Shown: piece after piece, positions 1 to 10,127 of the stretch | How positions within the stretch are numbered: position 1 is the first letter of the stretch | Layout: each line of letters starts with the position of its first letter | Source of the DNA: Candidatus Saccharimonadia bacterium | Lineage (GTDB): Bacteria > Patescibacteriota > Saccharimonadia > UBA4664 | DNA: 64,000 bases | Direction: 5' to 3' | NCBI GenBank assembly: GCA_035544015.1 | Contig: DATKIP010000093.1 | Coordinates: 345,454 to 409,453 of the forward strand | Program-made: the position numbers and the translations under genes | The notes under the pieces: model-generated | The model's database searches: none | Told to the model about the DNA's origin: nothing | The model's input: only the letters and a program-made list of their open reading frames with translations

Positions 1-1
1 C

Positions 2-457
2 GAAAAGCCCGAAATAACACCGGTAAGCGCCCCGACTCCCAGCGGCAAAATAGGGGAGTTATCGGAAGAGGATTTAGCCCAAACCAAACAAGCCGTCACC
101 GCTGCAATGCGCCATATCAAAGCCTATTCAGGACCATCTCGAACTTGGTTCGCCTATCAAGGATCGCTACAAGAGGGTTGCTATCGACTGTCGGACATTG
201 TGTCAAAACTGCCCATAAGCCCACAGGCAGCCAAATTACTCGTAGACATTCTGCTCCGGCTCGATCGCAAACTCATGACCGGCGGGGTTGATGATTCCGA
301 TGGTACCGTCGGCTCGTTCATAGAAGACACGGTTATCGTGCTGAAGCATTTTGTCTACCTAGACCCCAATTGTAAATCAACATTATACCGCCTGACCTAC
401 CGTCCCACCTGCTTTGATTGGGAGGTCCCTCTGGTGGAACTGCTAAACGAGCGATGA
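2..457 (+). CDS. Hypothetical protein, 3' part (frame open from the window edge)
   Basis: Frame open upstream of the ATG at 107; GGVDDSDGTVG motif; no function assignable. Confidence 0.6.
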   Translation, partial: EKPEITPVSAPTPSGKIGELSEEDLAQTKQAVTAAMRHIKAYSGPSRTWFAYQGSLQEGCYRLSDIVSKLPISPQAAKLLVDILLRLDRKLMTGGVDDSDGTVGSFIEDTVIVLKHFVYLDPNCKSTLYRLTYRPTCFDWEVPLVELLNER

Positions 458-557
458 GGCTCGGCTGACTCCACTCCTGCCCTCATACTGGCCCATCCGG
501 CACGCGGGATCGAAAGAGAGCAGGAGTACTTCCGCGACGTCTAACCGCAACAGGCAC

Positions 558-585
558 CCCGGGTCGGCCCACCCGCCGACCCGGG
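558..585 (+). repeat. GC-rich hairpin resembling the cassette 3' hairpin family
   Basis: CCCGGGTCGGC-ccaccc-GCCGACCCGGG; loop begins CCACC as in cassette hairpins 2, 3 and 12. Confidence 0.55.
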
Positions 586-601
586 AGCACCGCCCTTATT
601 C

Positions 602-633
602 AAAAAACAACCCACAAGCCATGGGTTGTTTTT
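602..633. terminator. Bidirectional intrinsic terminator downstream of tRNA-Glu
   Basis: AAAAAACAACCCA-caagcca-TGGGTTGTTTTT. Confidence 0.75.
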
Positions 634-656
634 ATTTTTGAGCCAAAATAATACCT

Positions 657-733
657 TGGTAGTCCCGAGGGGATTCGAACCCCTGATCTCCTCCGTGAGA
701 GGGAGGCATCCTAGGCCGCTAGACGACGGGACC
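657..733 (-). tRNA. tRNA-Glu (anticodon CUC)
   Basis: Reverse complement GGTCCCG...CCTCC-CTCTCAC-GGAGG...GGTTCGAATCC...CGGGACTACCA; cloverleaf with encoded CCA. Confidence 0.97.
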
Positions 734-828
734 ACATAAAAGACCGTATGAATATAGCAGGAAACAAGCGTTTTGTCCACCTCGACACCGGCCGAGCAGA
801 GTCTCGACACTCGGACGCTCCCAGTACA

Positions 829-907
829 TATTATCAACGGAATCCGAGGAAAACGGAGATGGATCCTGCTTACAAATACATAAAATCCTCGGATTCCGTT
901 GATAATA
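829..907. repeat. Inverted-repeat element, copy A (22-bp perfect arms, 35-nt spacer)
   Basis: TATTATCAACGGAATCCGAGGA (829-850) / TCCTCGGATTCCGTTGATAATA (886-907); core shared with 35322-35393. Confidence 0.85.
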
Positions 908-1040
908 GGGAACAGACGCAACCCCCGGGACGAGCCCCAGCCCCACCCAGCGCACACCCACCCCCTGCGCTTGCGAGCCCGGCCCCGAGCGGGCATAATT
1001 AACCACAAGCATAATTGTGTGTTGATGCGCGTATGAACCC

Positions 1041-2831
1041 ATGACCGACCAGCGAACCCGCAGCCTAACCATCCTCGCCCGACTCCAAGCCGCCCTCGGA
1101 GCCGGTATAGCCGTGATTGTGTTTGGGCTCTACGGCCTCGTGCCCAACCTCCTCACCGACACCACCCTTTCGCTTACCGCCGCCATTTTGGGCGCGTTTG
1201 CCGCCGTTTATTTCGGCACGTTGCACCAAATTTTCAAATTCAGCAAACTCGCCCTATCCACGCTGGCACTGAGCATCATCACCGGCATGAATCTCGTACT
1301 CGTCATTACCTCCACCGGCGGGCTCGACTCACCGTTTTACGCCTTCTGGATTCTAGCCATCGTGGTAGCCGGAATCTTTGGCGTCGTCGAGATCATTTTG
1401 GTCGGCAGCCTCACGGTAGGGTACTACGCCTACGAAATTTTCCACGGCGGGCTCCACTCCCAGTACCTCACCGACCACCTCATCGAATTTGGCCTCACGC
1501 TCGCCGCCGCCGGCCTCGCGCAATGGGTGCACATCCGCACCCGCAACGCCGCCGTCGCCACCAGCAAAATCGCCAAGCTCTCCGGCCAGCTCAGCACCGA
1601 GCAAATCAAAGCCGACGCCATCGTTTCGAGCATTGGTGAGGGCGTAATGGTAGTCGACAGCCTACGCCGCATCCAAGTCTTCAACAAAGCCGCCCAAAAC
1701 CTGTCCGGCTGGGACGAATCCAGCGCCCAAAACATCGACTACAATCTGGTATTGCAGCTGCGCACCACCGACGATCAACCCCTCAACGACCTCAACGACC
1801 CGTTCAACGAAGCTTGGCGCAAACAAGCCGAAATCGTCCACGACAATCTCACCACCACCACGCGCAGCGGGCACAAAATTCAACTCAGCCTCTCGATTTC
1901 ACCGCTCTTCGACGACCATGGCGCGCCCAGCGGCGCCATCGCCCTCTTCCGCGACATCAGCAAAGAAAAAGAAGTCGAACGCCAAAAAGACGAGTTTGTG
2001 AGCACCGCCAGCCACGAAATGCGCACCCCCGTAGCCGCTATCGAAGGCTACATTTCGCTCGCCATGAACGCTAATGTAGCCACCGTCGATGACCGTGCCA
2101 AAAAATACCTCGGCAAAGCCCACGACACCATCCAGCATCTCGGCGAGCTCTTCCGCGACCTGCTCAGCGTCACCAAGGCCGAGGAAGGCCAGCTCGGCGG
2201 CCACATCGACGCCATCAACCTTGGCGAGCTCGTCCAAAGCACCGTCGACGACATGCAATTTACCATCCAAAAGAAAAACCTCACCCTGGTATACCAAATC
2301 GGCGGCCAATCCGGCAAAGCCATTGCCCCGCTCTACTACGTAGCCGCCAACCCCGAGCGCCTGCGCGAAGTACTCATGAACCTCATCGACAACGCCGGCA
2401 AATTCACTACCGAGGGCGGCATCAAGGTCACCCTCGAAGGCAACGAAAAAGAGGCCACGGTGGGAATCAGCGACACCGGCGTCGGCATCGCCCCCGAAGA
2501 CATCGGCCACCTGTTCCAAAAATTTTACCGCATCGACAACTCTGCCACCCGCACCATCGGCGGCACCGGCCTCGGTCTCTATCTCTGCCGCCGCGTCATT
2601 GAGCTCTTCAACGGCCGCATCTGGGTAGAATCCAAGGTAGGGGAGGGGAGCACGTTCCGCTTCACCCTGCCACGGCTCACCGACGCTGAAATCACCAAAA
2701 TTAAGCTGGCGGCCACCGCCACCACGCCCGGAGTCACCACCCCGGGCGTTGATTCCATTGCCGCACCCGCCGCCATACCAGCCCCAGCCGCGCATCCCGC
2801 CAGCTCAACCAGCAATCGGCGAATACGTTGA
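1041..2831 (+). CDS. Membrane-bound PAS sensor histidine kinase
   Basis: N-terminal TM helices, PAS, H-box ASHEMRTP, N-box NLIDNA, G-boxes DTGVGI and GGTGLGL. Confidence 0.95.
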   Translation: MTDQRTRSLTILARLQAALGAGIAVIVFGLYGLVPNLLTDTTLSLTAAILGAFAAVYFGTLHQIFKFSKLALSTLALSIITGMNLVLVITSTGGLDSPFYAFWILAIVVAGIFGVVEIILVGSLTVGYYAYEIFHGGLHSQYLTDHLIEFGLTLAAAGLAQWVHIRTRNAAVATSKIAKLSGQLSTEQIKADAIVSSIGEGVMVVDSLRRIQVFNKAAQNLSGWDESSAQNIDYNLVLQLRTTDDQPLNDLNDPFNEAWRKQAEIVHDNLTTTTRSGHKIQLSLSISPLFDDHGAPSGAIALFRDISKEKEVERQKDEFVSTASHEMRTPVAAIEGYISLAMNANVATVDDRAKKYLGKAHDTIQHLGELFRDLLSVTKAEEGQLGGHIDAINLGELVQSTVDDMQFTIQKKNLTLVYQIGGQSGKAIAPLYYVAANPERLREVLMNLIDNAGKFTTEGGIKVTLEGNEKEATVGISDTGVGIAPEDIGHLFQKFYRIDNSATRTIGGTGLGLYLCRRVIELFNGRIWVESKVGEGSTFRFTLPRLTDAEITKIKLAATATTPGVTTPGVDSIAAPAAIPAPAAHPASSTSNRRIR

Positions 2832-2888
2832 TCCCGATTGGACCAACCCCCTTGCCAAGCATAAGACGAATAGTCTAGACTAGATACA

Positions 2889-3263
2889 ATGGCAAAAATC
2901 CTGTTAGTCGAAGATGATGTCAACCTTCGTGAGATATATTCGGCCCGGTTTGCGGCCGAGTCATATGAGGTGATCACAGCCTCCGACGGCGAAGAAGCTC
3001 TCGCTACCTCGGTGCGCGAACGGCCCGACCTCATCGTGCTCGACGTCATGATGCCCAAAATATCCGGCTTTGACGTTCTCGACATCATTCGCTCCACCCC
3101 CGAAACCAAAGACACCAAAGTCATCATGATGACCGCCCTCAGCCAAGAAACCGACCGCCAGCGCGGCGAAGCCCTGGGCGCCAACAAATACCTGATCAAA
3201 TCTCAGGTGACCCTCGAAGATGTAGTTAATTCGGTAAGAGAAATTCTCGGCGCCGCCAAGTAA
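2889..3263 (+). CDS. Single-domain response regulator (receiver only)
   Basis: KILLVEDD, LDVMMP, conserved Lys; 124 aa. Confidence 0.95.
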   Translation: MAKILLVEDDVNLREIYSARFAAESYEVITASDGEEALATSVRERPDLIVLDVMMPKISGFDVLDIIRSTPETKDTKVIMMTALSQETDRQRGEALGANKYLIKSQVTLEDVVNSVREILGAAK

Positions 3264-3272
3264 GGAGCGTCC

Positions 3273-3974
3273 ATGAGCCATACGGTTGCAGTTGGCGAAT
3301 TTGAGGGACCGCTCGGCGTGCTACTCGATCTGGTCGAGCGCAACCAACTCGAAGTCTCGCGCATCTCAGTCGGACGCATCACTACCAATTATCTCGAACA
3401 CGTCCACCAATTAGCCAATGTCGGTCCCGAAGAACTCAGTGAATTCCTCCAACTCGGCGCCCGCCTGCTCTACATCAAGAGCCTGGCCCTCCTTCCGCAA
3501 ACAGATTCCGACGAACAAACCCGCGAGCTCCAACAACTAAGCTTGGAGCTCGATGAATACCGCCGCTTCCAAGCCGCCGCCAAACTCCTGGCCTCACGCG
3601 GCTCACAGCGCACCTGGCAGCGGCCGGCCAGCCCCCGCCGGTCCGGCGCCGATCAGCCGCTGCCAGCACTCAGCCTCGATCAACTCGCCGAAGCCTTTAG
3701 CCGGGCGCTCAAATTCGCCCCGGCCGTACCCCGCCACACCGCACTCCAACCCCACTTGAGCCTCGAAACCGTCACGGCCAAGCTCCACCGAAAACTGCCC
3801 GCCGGCTTCGATCTTCATACTATCATCGAAGGCTGCCGCGACCGGCTCGAAGTCGTCGTCACGTTTCTCGCCCTCCTGGAGCTCATTCGCAACGGCGCCG
3901 CCTACGTCATCCAGGCCGGCCAATTCGATCCCATCCGCGTCGAAGCCGCCTCTGCAAAGGTCGCTCATGAGTAA
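3273..3974 (+). CDS. scpA: Segregation/condensation protein A
   Basis: FEGPLGVLLDLV N-terminus, TFLALLEL C-terminus. Confidence 0.93.
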   Translation: MSHTVAVGEFEGPLGVLLDLVERNQLEVSRISVGRITTNYLEHVHQLANVGPEELSEFLQLGARLLYIKSLALLPQTDSDEQTRELQQLSLELDEYRRFQAAAKLLASRGSQRTWQRPASPRRSGADQPLPALSLDQLAEAFSRALKFAPAVPRHTALQPHLSLETVTAKLHRKLPAGFDLHTIIEGCRDRLEVVVTFLALLELIRNGAAYVIQAGQFDPIRVEAASAKVAHE

Positions 3975-4482
3975 CCTCAACCTTGATGCGCTCATCGAAG
4001 CCGTGCTTTTTAGCACCCATGAGCCCCTCACGATGGCCCAGCTCGCCACCATAACTGGCGCCGACACCGACGCCATCCCCGGCGCGCTGGAAAGCCTCAA
4101 AGGCCGGCTTACGGGCGGCATCCGGCTGGCTCATTCCGGCGACACCTTCCGCCTCGTCACCGCCCCCGAAGCCGCACCAGTCATCCAGGCGTTTCTCGAT
4201 GACACGCAGCGCCAAGACCTCACCCGGCCGGCACTCGAAACCCTGGCAATCGTCGCCTACCGCGGACCCATCACCAAATCCCACATCGAGCACATCCGCG
4301 GCGTGGCCTCCGAAAGCATGCTGCGCAACCTCGTAGCGCGCGGCCTCGTAGCCGAAGCCGGCCGCAGCCCCGAGCCAGGCCGGCCGCAGCTCTACGCCGT
4401 CAGCCACACCTTCCTGCAGCATTTTGGTCTCACCAGCACCACCGACCTCCCGCCACTTCCCGCCGAAGAGCCGGCCGCGTGA
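3967..4482 (+). CDS. scpB: Segregation/condensation protein B
   Basis: IEAVLF, LETLAIVAYRGP, IRGV, PGRP..Y, FL..FGL. Confidence 0.95.
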   Translation: MSNLNLDALIEAVLFSTHEPLTMAQLATITGADTDAIPGALESLKGRLTGGIRLAHSGDTFRLVTAPEAAPVIQAFLDDTQRQDLTRPALETLAIVAYRGPITKSHIEHIRGVASESMLRNLVARGLVAEAGRSPEPGRPQLYAVSHTFLQHFGLTSTTDLPPLPAEEPAA

Positions 4483-5165
4483 GAGTTAACCAGTTTGTGG
4501 CCGCCGGCTCTGGTCTCTCGCGCCGCGCCGCCGATACCGCCATCGCCGCCGGACGCGTACTCGTAAACGGGGAGGCCGCCGGCTTGGGACAGCCCATAGC
4601 CCTCGCCGACACCGTTACGCTCGACGGCACCCCGCTCACACTCCCCGCCAATCACACCTACATCATGCTCAATAAACCCGCCGGATACGTATCCAGCCGC
4701 GTTCGCCAGGGCTCAGGTCCCACCCTCTACGACCTACTCCCCGCCACCCACCATCACCTGCGCATCGCCGGCCGGCTCGACCGCGACTCCAGCGGACTCA
4801 TCATACTCACCGATGACGGCGCCTACATCCAGCAACTCACCCATCCCGGCGCCGGCAAATCCAAGCACTATGAACTCAAACTCGCCCGACCCCTCGCCGC
4901 CCCCGACGCCGCTGCTCTCGAACGCGGCGTCATGCTCGGCGACGGTCTCAGCCGAGTCAAAATCCTCAACCACCGCGGCCGGCACGTCACCGTCTCGCTC
5001 AGTGAAGGCCGCAATCGCCAACTCCGCCGCACCTTCGGGGCCCTCGGCTACACGGTCGAGCGGCTCCACCGCACCAAACTCGGGCCATTTGACCTACACG
5101 ACCTCCCTCCGGGAAAATGGATCAAGACCGATCATGCCGATCACTTCGAGGAACCACACCCATGA
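4479..5165 (+). CDS. S4-domain rRNA pseudouridine synthase (RsuA/RluB family)
   Basis: SRR.AD, LNKPAGY, GRLDRDSSGL, EGRNRQLRR. Confidence 0.93.
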   Translation: MRVNQFVAAGSGLSRRAADTAIAAGRVLVNGEAAGLGQPIALADTVTLDGTPLTLPANHTYIMLNKPAGYVSSRVRQGSGPTLYDLLPATHHHLRIAGRLDRDSSGLIILTDDGAYIQQLTHPGAGKSKHYELKLARPLAAPDAAALERGVMLGDGLSRVKILNHRGRHVTVSLSEGRNRQLRRTFGALGYTVERLHRTKLGPFDLHDLPPGKWIKTDHADHFEEPHP

Positions 5166-6082
5166 AATCCATCACTCTCGCCCTCATGCTAGCCCTACAG
5201 GCCACCGGGCTCTGGAGCCACCTCTCCGCCCCCAGCCGTGCCCACCTTGCCGCCAAGGCCTCCGGTGTCACGGCGCCAGCGACACTGCCCATCACACCGC
5301 CCCCGGCGCCGCTCGTGCCCCTGCCGGTTCGCGGTCCCGCCGGCGCCGAGCCCCATCTGGGCGTCGCCTCGGCCTTTGCCATTGACCGCGACACCGCCAC
5401 CGTCCTGTACGCCCAGAATAGCGGCGCCCACCGGCCCATCGCTAGCGTCACCAAGCTCATTACCGCTCTCGTGATTCTCTCGCGCCATGATCCCACCGAG
5501 ACCATCACTCTCCCCAAACTACCCGATTATCCCCCCGAAGCCGAAACTATTGGCCTTGTTTCCGGCGACACCTTCACGCTCCAGCAAATCCTCGAAGCCG
5601 CCCTGGTGCCCTCGGCCAACGACGCCGCCGACGCCATGGCCATCTGGGACGCCGGCTCCGTAGCCAAATTCACCACCCGCATGAACGCCAAAATGGCCGA
5701 ATGGGGGATCAGCGACACCCATTTCGCCAGCGCCAGTGGCCTCCAAGACTCCGGCAACTACGCCTCCGCCGCGGCGCTCGCCAAAATGGCCGGCTTAGCT
5801 CTGCACAACCCCACCATCGTCAGCATCATCAACAACCCCAACATGACCATCGCGAGCCGCCAAGGCCGCACCTACACCGCCGCTTCCACCAACGAACTCT
5901 TGGATTCTGGTGGGTTTTATGGTATAAAGACGGGGTACACGCTAGCCGCCGGCGAATGCTTCGTCGGCCTTACTCGTATTAAGGGTCATGAAATCATCAC
6001 GGTGGTACTCGGCTCGGATGATCGCTTCGGCTCTACTGTCATACTAACCAATTGGATTGCACGAACTTGGCAATGGCTCTAA
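5162..6082 (+). CDS. D-alanyl-D-alanine carboxypeptidase (peptidase S11)
   Basis: Signal peptide, SxxK (ASVTK), SxN (SAN), KTG. Confidence 0.92.
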   Translation: MKSITLALMLALQATGLWSHLSAPSRAHLAAKASGVTAPATLPITPPPAPLVPLPVRGPAGAEPHLGVASAFAIDRDTATVLYAQNSGAHRPIASVTKLITALVILSRHDPTETITLPKLPDYPPEAETIGLVSGDTFTLQQILEAALVPSANDAADAMAIWDAGSVAKFTTRMNAKMAEWGISDTHFASASGLQDSGNYASAAALAKMAGLALHNPTIVSIINNPNMTIASRQGRTYTAASTNELLDSGGFYGIKTGYTLAAGECFVGLTRIKGHEIITVVLGSDDRFGSTVILTNWIARTWQWL

Positions 6083-6233
6083 CTCCGAACATTTTACGTG
6101 GCTTACGCCTTCCCGATAGGCTCGGTGTTTTTAGCTCATATATGGTATCAGACCAATCTCATATATGGTATAAATTCGCCTATGCATACAAAGGGGTAGT
6201 ATTCTCCACCGATGCCACCCTGAGAGGCAGCCT

Positions 6234-7616
6234 ATGAGCACCCCCCTCGTCGCCATCGTCGGCCGGCCCAACGTCGGCAAATCCAGCCTGTTCAACCGGC
6301 TCATCGGCACCCGACGCGCCATCACCCACGACACGCCCGGCACCACCCGCGACGCCAATTACGGTCAGATAGCGTGGCGTGGCAAACATTTCACACTCGT
6401 CGACACCGCGGGCCTATCCAAAGGCGCCGGCGATATTGAGCTCCAAGCCCAAGACCAGATCCGCCAAATGGCCAAGGCCGCCAGCGTCATCGTCGTGGTC
6501 GTCGACGCCGCCACCATGATCACCGCCGACGACCAAACCGCCGCGCGCCTAGCGCTCAAATCCGGCAAACCAGTCATCCTGGCCCTCGGCAAGGTCGACA
6601 CGGCCGCCGGCGCCGAGCTCGAAGCCTGGCGCCGTCTGGGCATCCCCACCGTCATCGGCGTGTCGGCCATCCATGGCCGCGGCACCGGCGACCTGCTCGA
6701 CGCCATCACCGAGCTCATCACCGACGCCCCCGAGCCCGACGCCGCCGCGCCCCTCAAGCTCGCGCTCGTCGGCCGGCCCAACGTCGGCAAATCCAGCCTG
6801 CTCAACGCCCTCATCGGCAAGCAAAAAGCCGTCGTATCCGCCACCCCCGGCACCACCCGCGACGTCGCCTCCGAAATCATCAAATACAAAGGCCGCGAAA
6901 TCGAGCTGCTCGACACCGCCGGCATCCGCCGCCGCGGCCGGATCGAAAAGGGGATTGAGAAATTCAGCGCCCTGCGCACCCTCAACGCCATCCACGAAGC
7001 CGATGTTTGCGTGCTCGTGATGGACGGCATCGAAGGCCAAGTCGCCGGCGACCTCAATCTCGCCGGGCAAATCCTCGACGCCGGCAAAGGCCTCATCATC
7101 GCCATGAACAAATGGGACGCCGTACCCGACAAAGACGACAAAACCCAAGACCGCCTCACCGTGCTCCTGCGCAACGAATTCCAATTCGCCTGGTGGGCAC
7201 CGCTCGTTTACACCTCGGCCACCCATGGCCTACACGTGAACCAGCTCATGGAGCTGGCCGTCCAGATCGACGAACGCCGCCGCACCGAGGTCCCCACCGG
7301 CCCCTTCAACCGCCTCATTGAAAAGCTCGTCACCAAGCAGCCGCCGTCCGGCCTCAAAGGCCGCCTGCCCAAAATCAACTATGGCACCCAAACCGGTGCC
7401 CAACCACCCACCTTCACCTTCTTCACTACCTACCCCGATCTCATTCATTTCGGTTATCGCCGCTATCTCGAAAACAACATCCGCACCGAGTGGGACTTCG
7501 GCGGCACCCCCATCCGCCTCGAATTCCGCCACAAGCACGGCGACGACATCCGTCGCGGCGGCGGTAGCGGGAAGAGCAAGGGCTTTAAAGTCGAAAAACT
7601 CAGGAAAACTCCGTGA
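6234..7616 (+). CDS. der: Ribosome biogenesis GTPase Der
   Basis: Two GRPNVGKSSL P-loops, TTRD, DTAG, C-terminal KH-like domain. Confidence 0.97.
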   Translation: MSTPLVAIVGRPNVGKSSLFNRLIGTRRAITHDTPGTTRDANYGQIAWRGKHFTLVDTAGLSKGAGDIELQAQDQIRQMAKAASVIVVVVDAATMITADDQTAARLALKSGKPVILALGKVDTAAGAELEAWRRLGIPTVIGVSAIHGRGTGDLLDAITELITDAPEPDAAAPLKLALVGRPNVGKSSLLNALIGKQKAVVSATPGTTRDVASEIIKYKGREIELLDTAGIRRRGRIEKGIEKFSALRTLNAIHEADVCVLVMDGIEGQVAGDLNLAGQILDAGKGLIIAMNKWDAVPDKDDKTQDRLTVLLRNEFQFAWWAPLVYTSATHGLHVNQLMELAVQIDERRRTEVPTGPFNRLIEKLVTKQPPSGLKGRLPKINYGTQTGAQPPTFTFFTTYPDLIHFGYRRYLENNIRTEWDFGGTPIRLEFRHKHGDDIRRGGGSGKSKGFKVEKLRKTP

Positions 7617-8242
7617 AACTCATCATCGGTCTCGGCAACATTGGCAAACGTTACGCCCACACCCGCCACAACCTCGGCTTCATGGTCACAGACGAGCTCG
7701 CCAAAAAGCTCCAATCTACCCAGATCCACGAATTCAACTCTTCACTAATCGGCAAAATCAGCCCGCCCTCCGTCACCCCCCAGTGGCGCCAAGAGCCCAA
7801 ACTCCAAGCCGAAGTAGCCGAATTTACCCTTGCCGAAGACAAAATCATCCTGGCCAAGCCTCAGACCATGATGAACCTCTCCGGCGAAGCCGTGCAGCGC
7901 CTGATGCAAAAATACCGCGCCCGCCCCGCCGATGTCTGGGTGATCTTCGACGACCTCGACGTCCCCTTTGGCCGCCTGCGCATCCGCACCGCCGGCACCT
8001 CCGGCAGCGGCCACCAGGGCGTAAACTCCATCATGAGCCACATCGGCGCCGACTTCGTGCGCGTCAAAGTCGGCATCAGTCTCAACGACCGCACCACCGA
8101 ACCCAGCGAGGTGTATGTGCTCAAACCCTTCACACCCGATGAGCAAGCCAAATTACCCATACTTATCACCACCGCCGCTAGCGTTGTCGCCGATCAATTA
8201 GACCACCCCACAGCCCCCGACACCACCTTCGACCTCGTGTAA
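7613..8242 (+). CDS. pth: Peptidyl-tRNA hydrolase
   Basis: LIIGLGN, TRHNLGF, KPQTMMNLSG, DDLD. Confidence 0.95.
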   Translation: MKLIIGLGNIGKRYAHTRHNLGFMVTDELAKKLQSTQIHEFNSSLIGKISPPSVTPQWRQEPKLQAEVAEFTLAEDKIILAKPQTMMNLSGEAVQRLMQKYRARPADVWVIFDDLDVPFGRLRIRTAGTSGSGHQGVNSIMSHIGADFVRVKVGISLNDRTTEPSEVYVLKPFTPDEQAKLPILITTAASVVADQLDHPTAPDTTFDLV

Positions 8243-8371
8243 AAAGGAAGCTGTACCGCGCCACTCCAACCTCGCTAGACAACCCCGCCATCAATCGCCA
8301 CAATAAAACAACGTCCCAAAGCCAAAAAGCGCACCTACACATCCCCACCCTCACACCCACTTGGAGCCCTC

Positions 8372-8860
8372 ATGCGAGCCCAAACCACCCGACGCCGCAG
8401 GCACCGCATAATAGCACTCGCAGTGCTACTCGGCTTCCTCAGCCTCGTCAGCCCCGGTGTCACCCACCTCCTGCCACCACGAACCGGCCAAGAAGAGGGT
8501 GGCAACAGCCAGCAATTCAAGCTCGTGGCCATGTGGCGACTGCCAGGTGGCGCCAAAGACATCCAATGGAGCGCGTCCCCCGATGGCGATCATGGCGGCG
8601 GCGCCGACCCCCAGGCCGACCGCAGCCAGGTCAAGAACCAATGGGAGCAGCCAGTCACTGCCCACGAGGGGCAGACGATTTCGTTCACCGTTTTTGCCCA
8701 TCCTGGAGCCAATAGCCGAGCCCACTTCATCTGGTGTTTGATCTTTCGAATACACCAATCACTCGGGGAAACCATCGAGGAACAAGTAAACGAAAACGAC
8801 ACCCGATGGCAACGAGTAGGACCTATCGTAAGCCTCCATTGCCATTGGATTGTGCTCTAG
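8372..8860 (+). CDS. Cassette 1: membrane-anchored two-Cys (MmpS-like) protein
   Basis: Arg-rich N-tail, TM, FKLVAMW...WCLIF...HCHW; GGAG SD. Confidence 0.8.
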   Translation: MRAQTTRRRRHRIIALAVLLGFLSLVSPGVTHLLPPRTGQEEGGNSQQFKLVAMWRLPGGAKDIQWSASPDGDHGGGADPQADRSQVKNQWEQPVTAHEGQTISFTVFAHPGANSRAHFIWCLIFRIHQSLGETIEEQVNENDTRWQRVGPIVSLHCHWIVL

Positions 8861-8939
8861 ACGGTCTGCTACAACAGCGCTGAGGCCGGGACGCCTTCGC
8901 ACCTGGGACGGCACCCAACATCGTGCCGTCCCAGGTGTC

Positions 8940-10007
8940 CTACCGCCGCGCCAGCACCCTCATTTCCGCCGGCCGCCCCAATACCTCGATCCCCGTCACT
9001 CGCCGTCGCACCACAAAACCCGGTTGCGACTTCAGTGCCCAATCCAGCACCCCCACCTCACTCGTGAGCACCACCACCAAACCGCCCGGGCGCACCACCC
9101 GTACCGCCTCGGCCAGCATCCCCCCGTACAACGCCGGCAAATCCTCAGGGCGACCAATTTGCTTTCCCCAAGGCAAATTTGTCACCAATTTATCCACCGA
9201 CGCGTCTTCCAGCGGCAGCTTGCGTGCATCCATGCGTTCAATGCGCACCGGTTTGTGGCGCGGGCCAAAATTAGCCACCGCCGCTTTTACCGCTCCTACG
9301 TCAATATCACCACCCAGCAGCAAACCATGCCGCCCCGCCAAAGCCCGCTCAAGCAATATTGTCCCCGTGCCGCACAACGGGTCCAAAAACACGTCATCGT
9401 CAGCCGGTTCGCTCAGCCGCACCATGGCTGCCGCAATCGTCGGCCGCAAGGCTGCCGCCCGCTCCACCGCCCGGCCGCCCCGAGCACGATTCACACCGCT
9501 CGTCAGACGCAAGCTCACGGTAAGGTTGCGACCAACCTGGTGCAGCCACACCTCAAACGGCGCTTCCCCTGCATTCAGCCGCCAACCCGGACGCGCCCGG
9601 CCCACCCCAGCCTCCGCCGCCCGCTGCAAATCCACCCGCCGATACCCGCGCCAAGCCGCATCATCCGCCTGCGCTACCACCCGAAACACCACTCGCGCCG
9701 GCGTCGGCCGGCCGGCCAGGTGGCCCTGCGCGCGCAGTGCCGACTCCCACACCTCAGGCCGCCCCAGCGCCGCCGTCACCGCCTTCAAATCCACCGTTTT
9801 GCCGCTCAACGGTATCGTTTCCACCACTACAAACACGTCCTCAACCAACCGTAGTCCCAGCAACCCAGCCGGATCACTCGTCTGCACCCACACCAGCTCA
9901 CTACCCCGCGCGCGGCCCGTCGCCACCGGCGCCAAACCCAAACGAGCCGCCATTTCCTCAACGACCAAAACCCTCAAACCCGGAAACATCGATACCAGAA
10001 GTTTCAT
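8940..10007 (-). CDS. THUMP/TRM11-RlmL-type RNA methyltransferase
   Basis: AALRPTIAAAM, LDPLCGTGT, VTNLPWG; probable start MKLLVS 6 nt after TACGAT. Confidence 0.85.
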   Translation of the reverse strand: MKLLVSMFPGLRVLVVEEMAARLGLAPVATGRARGSELVWVQTSDPAGLLGLRLVEDVFVVVETIPLSGKTVDLKAVTAALGRPEVWESALRAQGHLAGRPTPARVVFRVVAQADDAAWRGYRRVDLQRAAEAGVGRARPGWRLNAGEAPFEVWLHQVGRNLTVSLRLTSGVNRARGGRAVERAAALRPTIAAAMVRLSEPADDDVFLDPLCGTGTILLERALAGRHGLLLGGDIDVGAVKAAVANFGPRHKPVRIERMDARKLPLEDASVDKLVTNLPWGKQIGRPEDLPALYGGMLAEAVRVVRPGGLVVVLTSEVGVLDWALKSQPGFVVRRRVTGIEVLGRPAEMRVLARR

Positions 10008-10127
10008 ACGCCTATCGTACATGAATTCACCACCAGACCCGATGCCAATTCGCAAAAAGCCTTTGCTATCGTAAAATTGTTTTGTCTCACGCCCTGCCAA
10101 CCCGCCTACGCTCGAGGAAGAGGTTAC

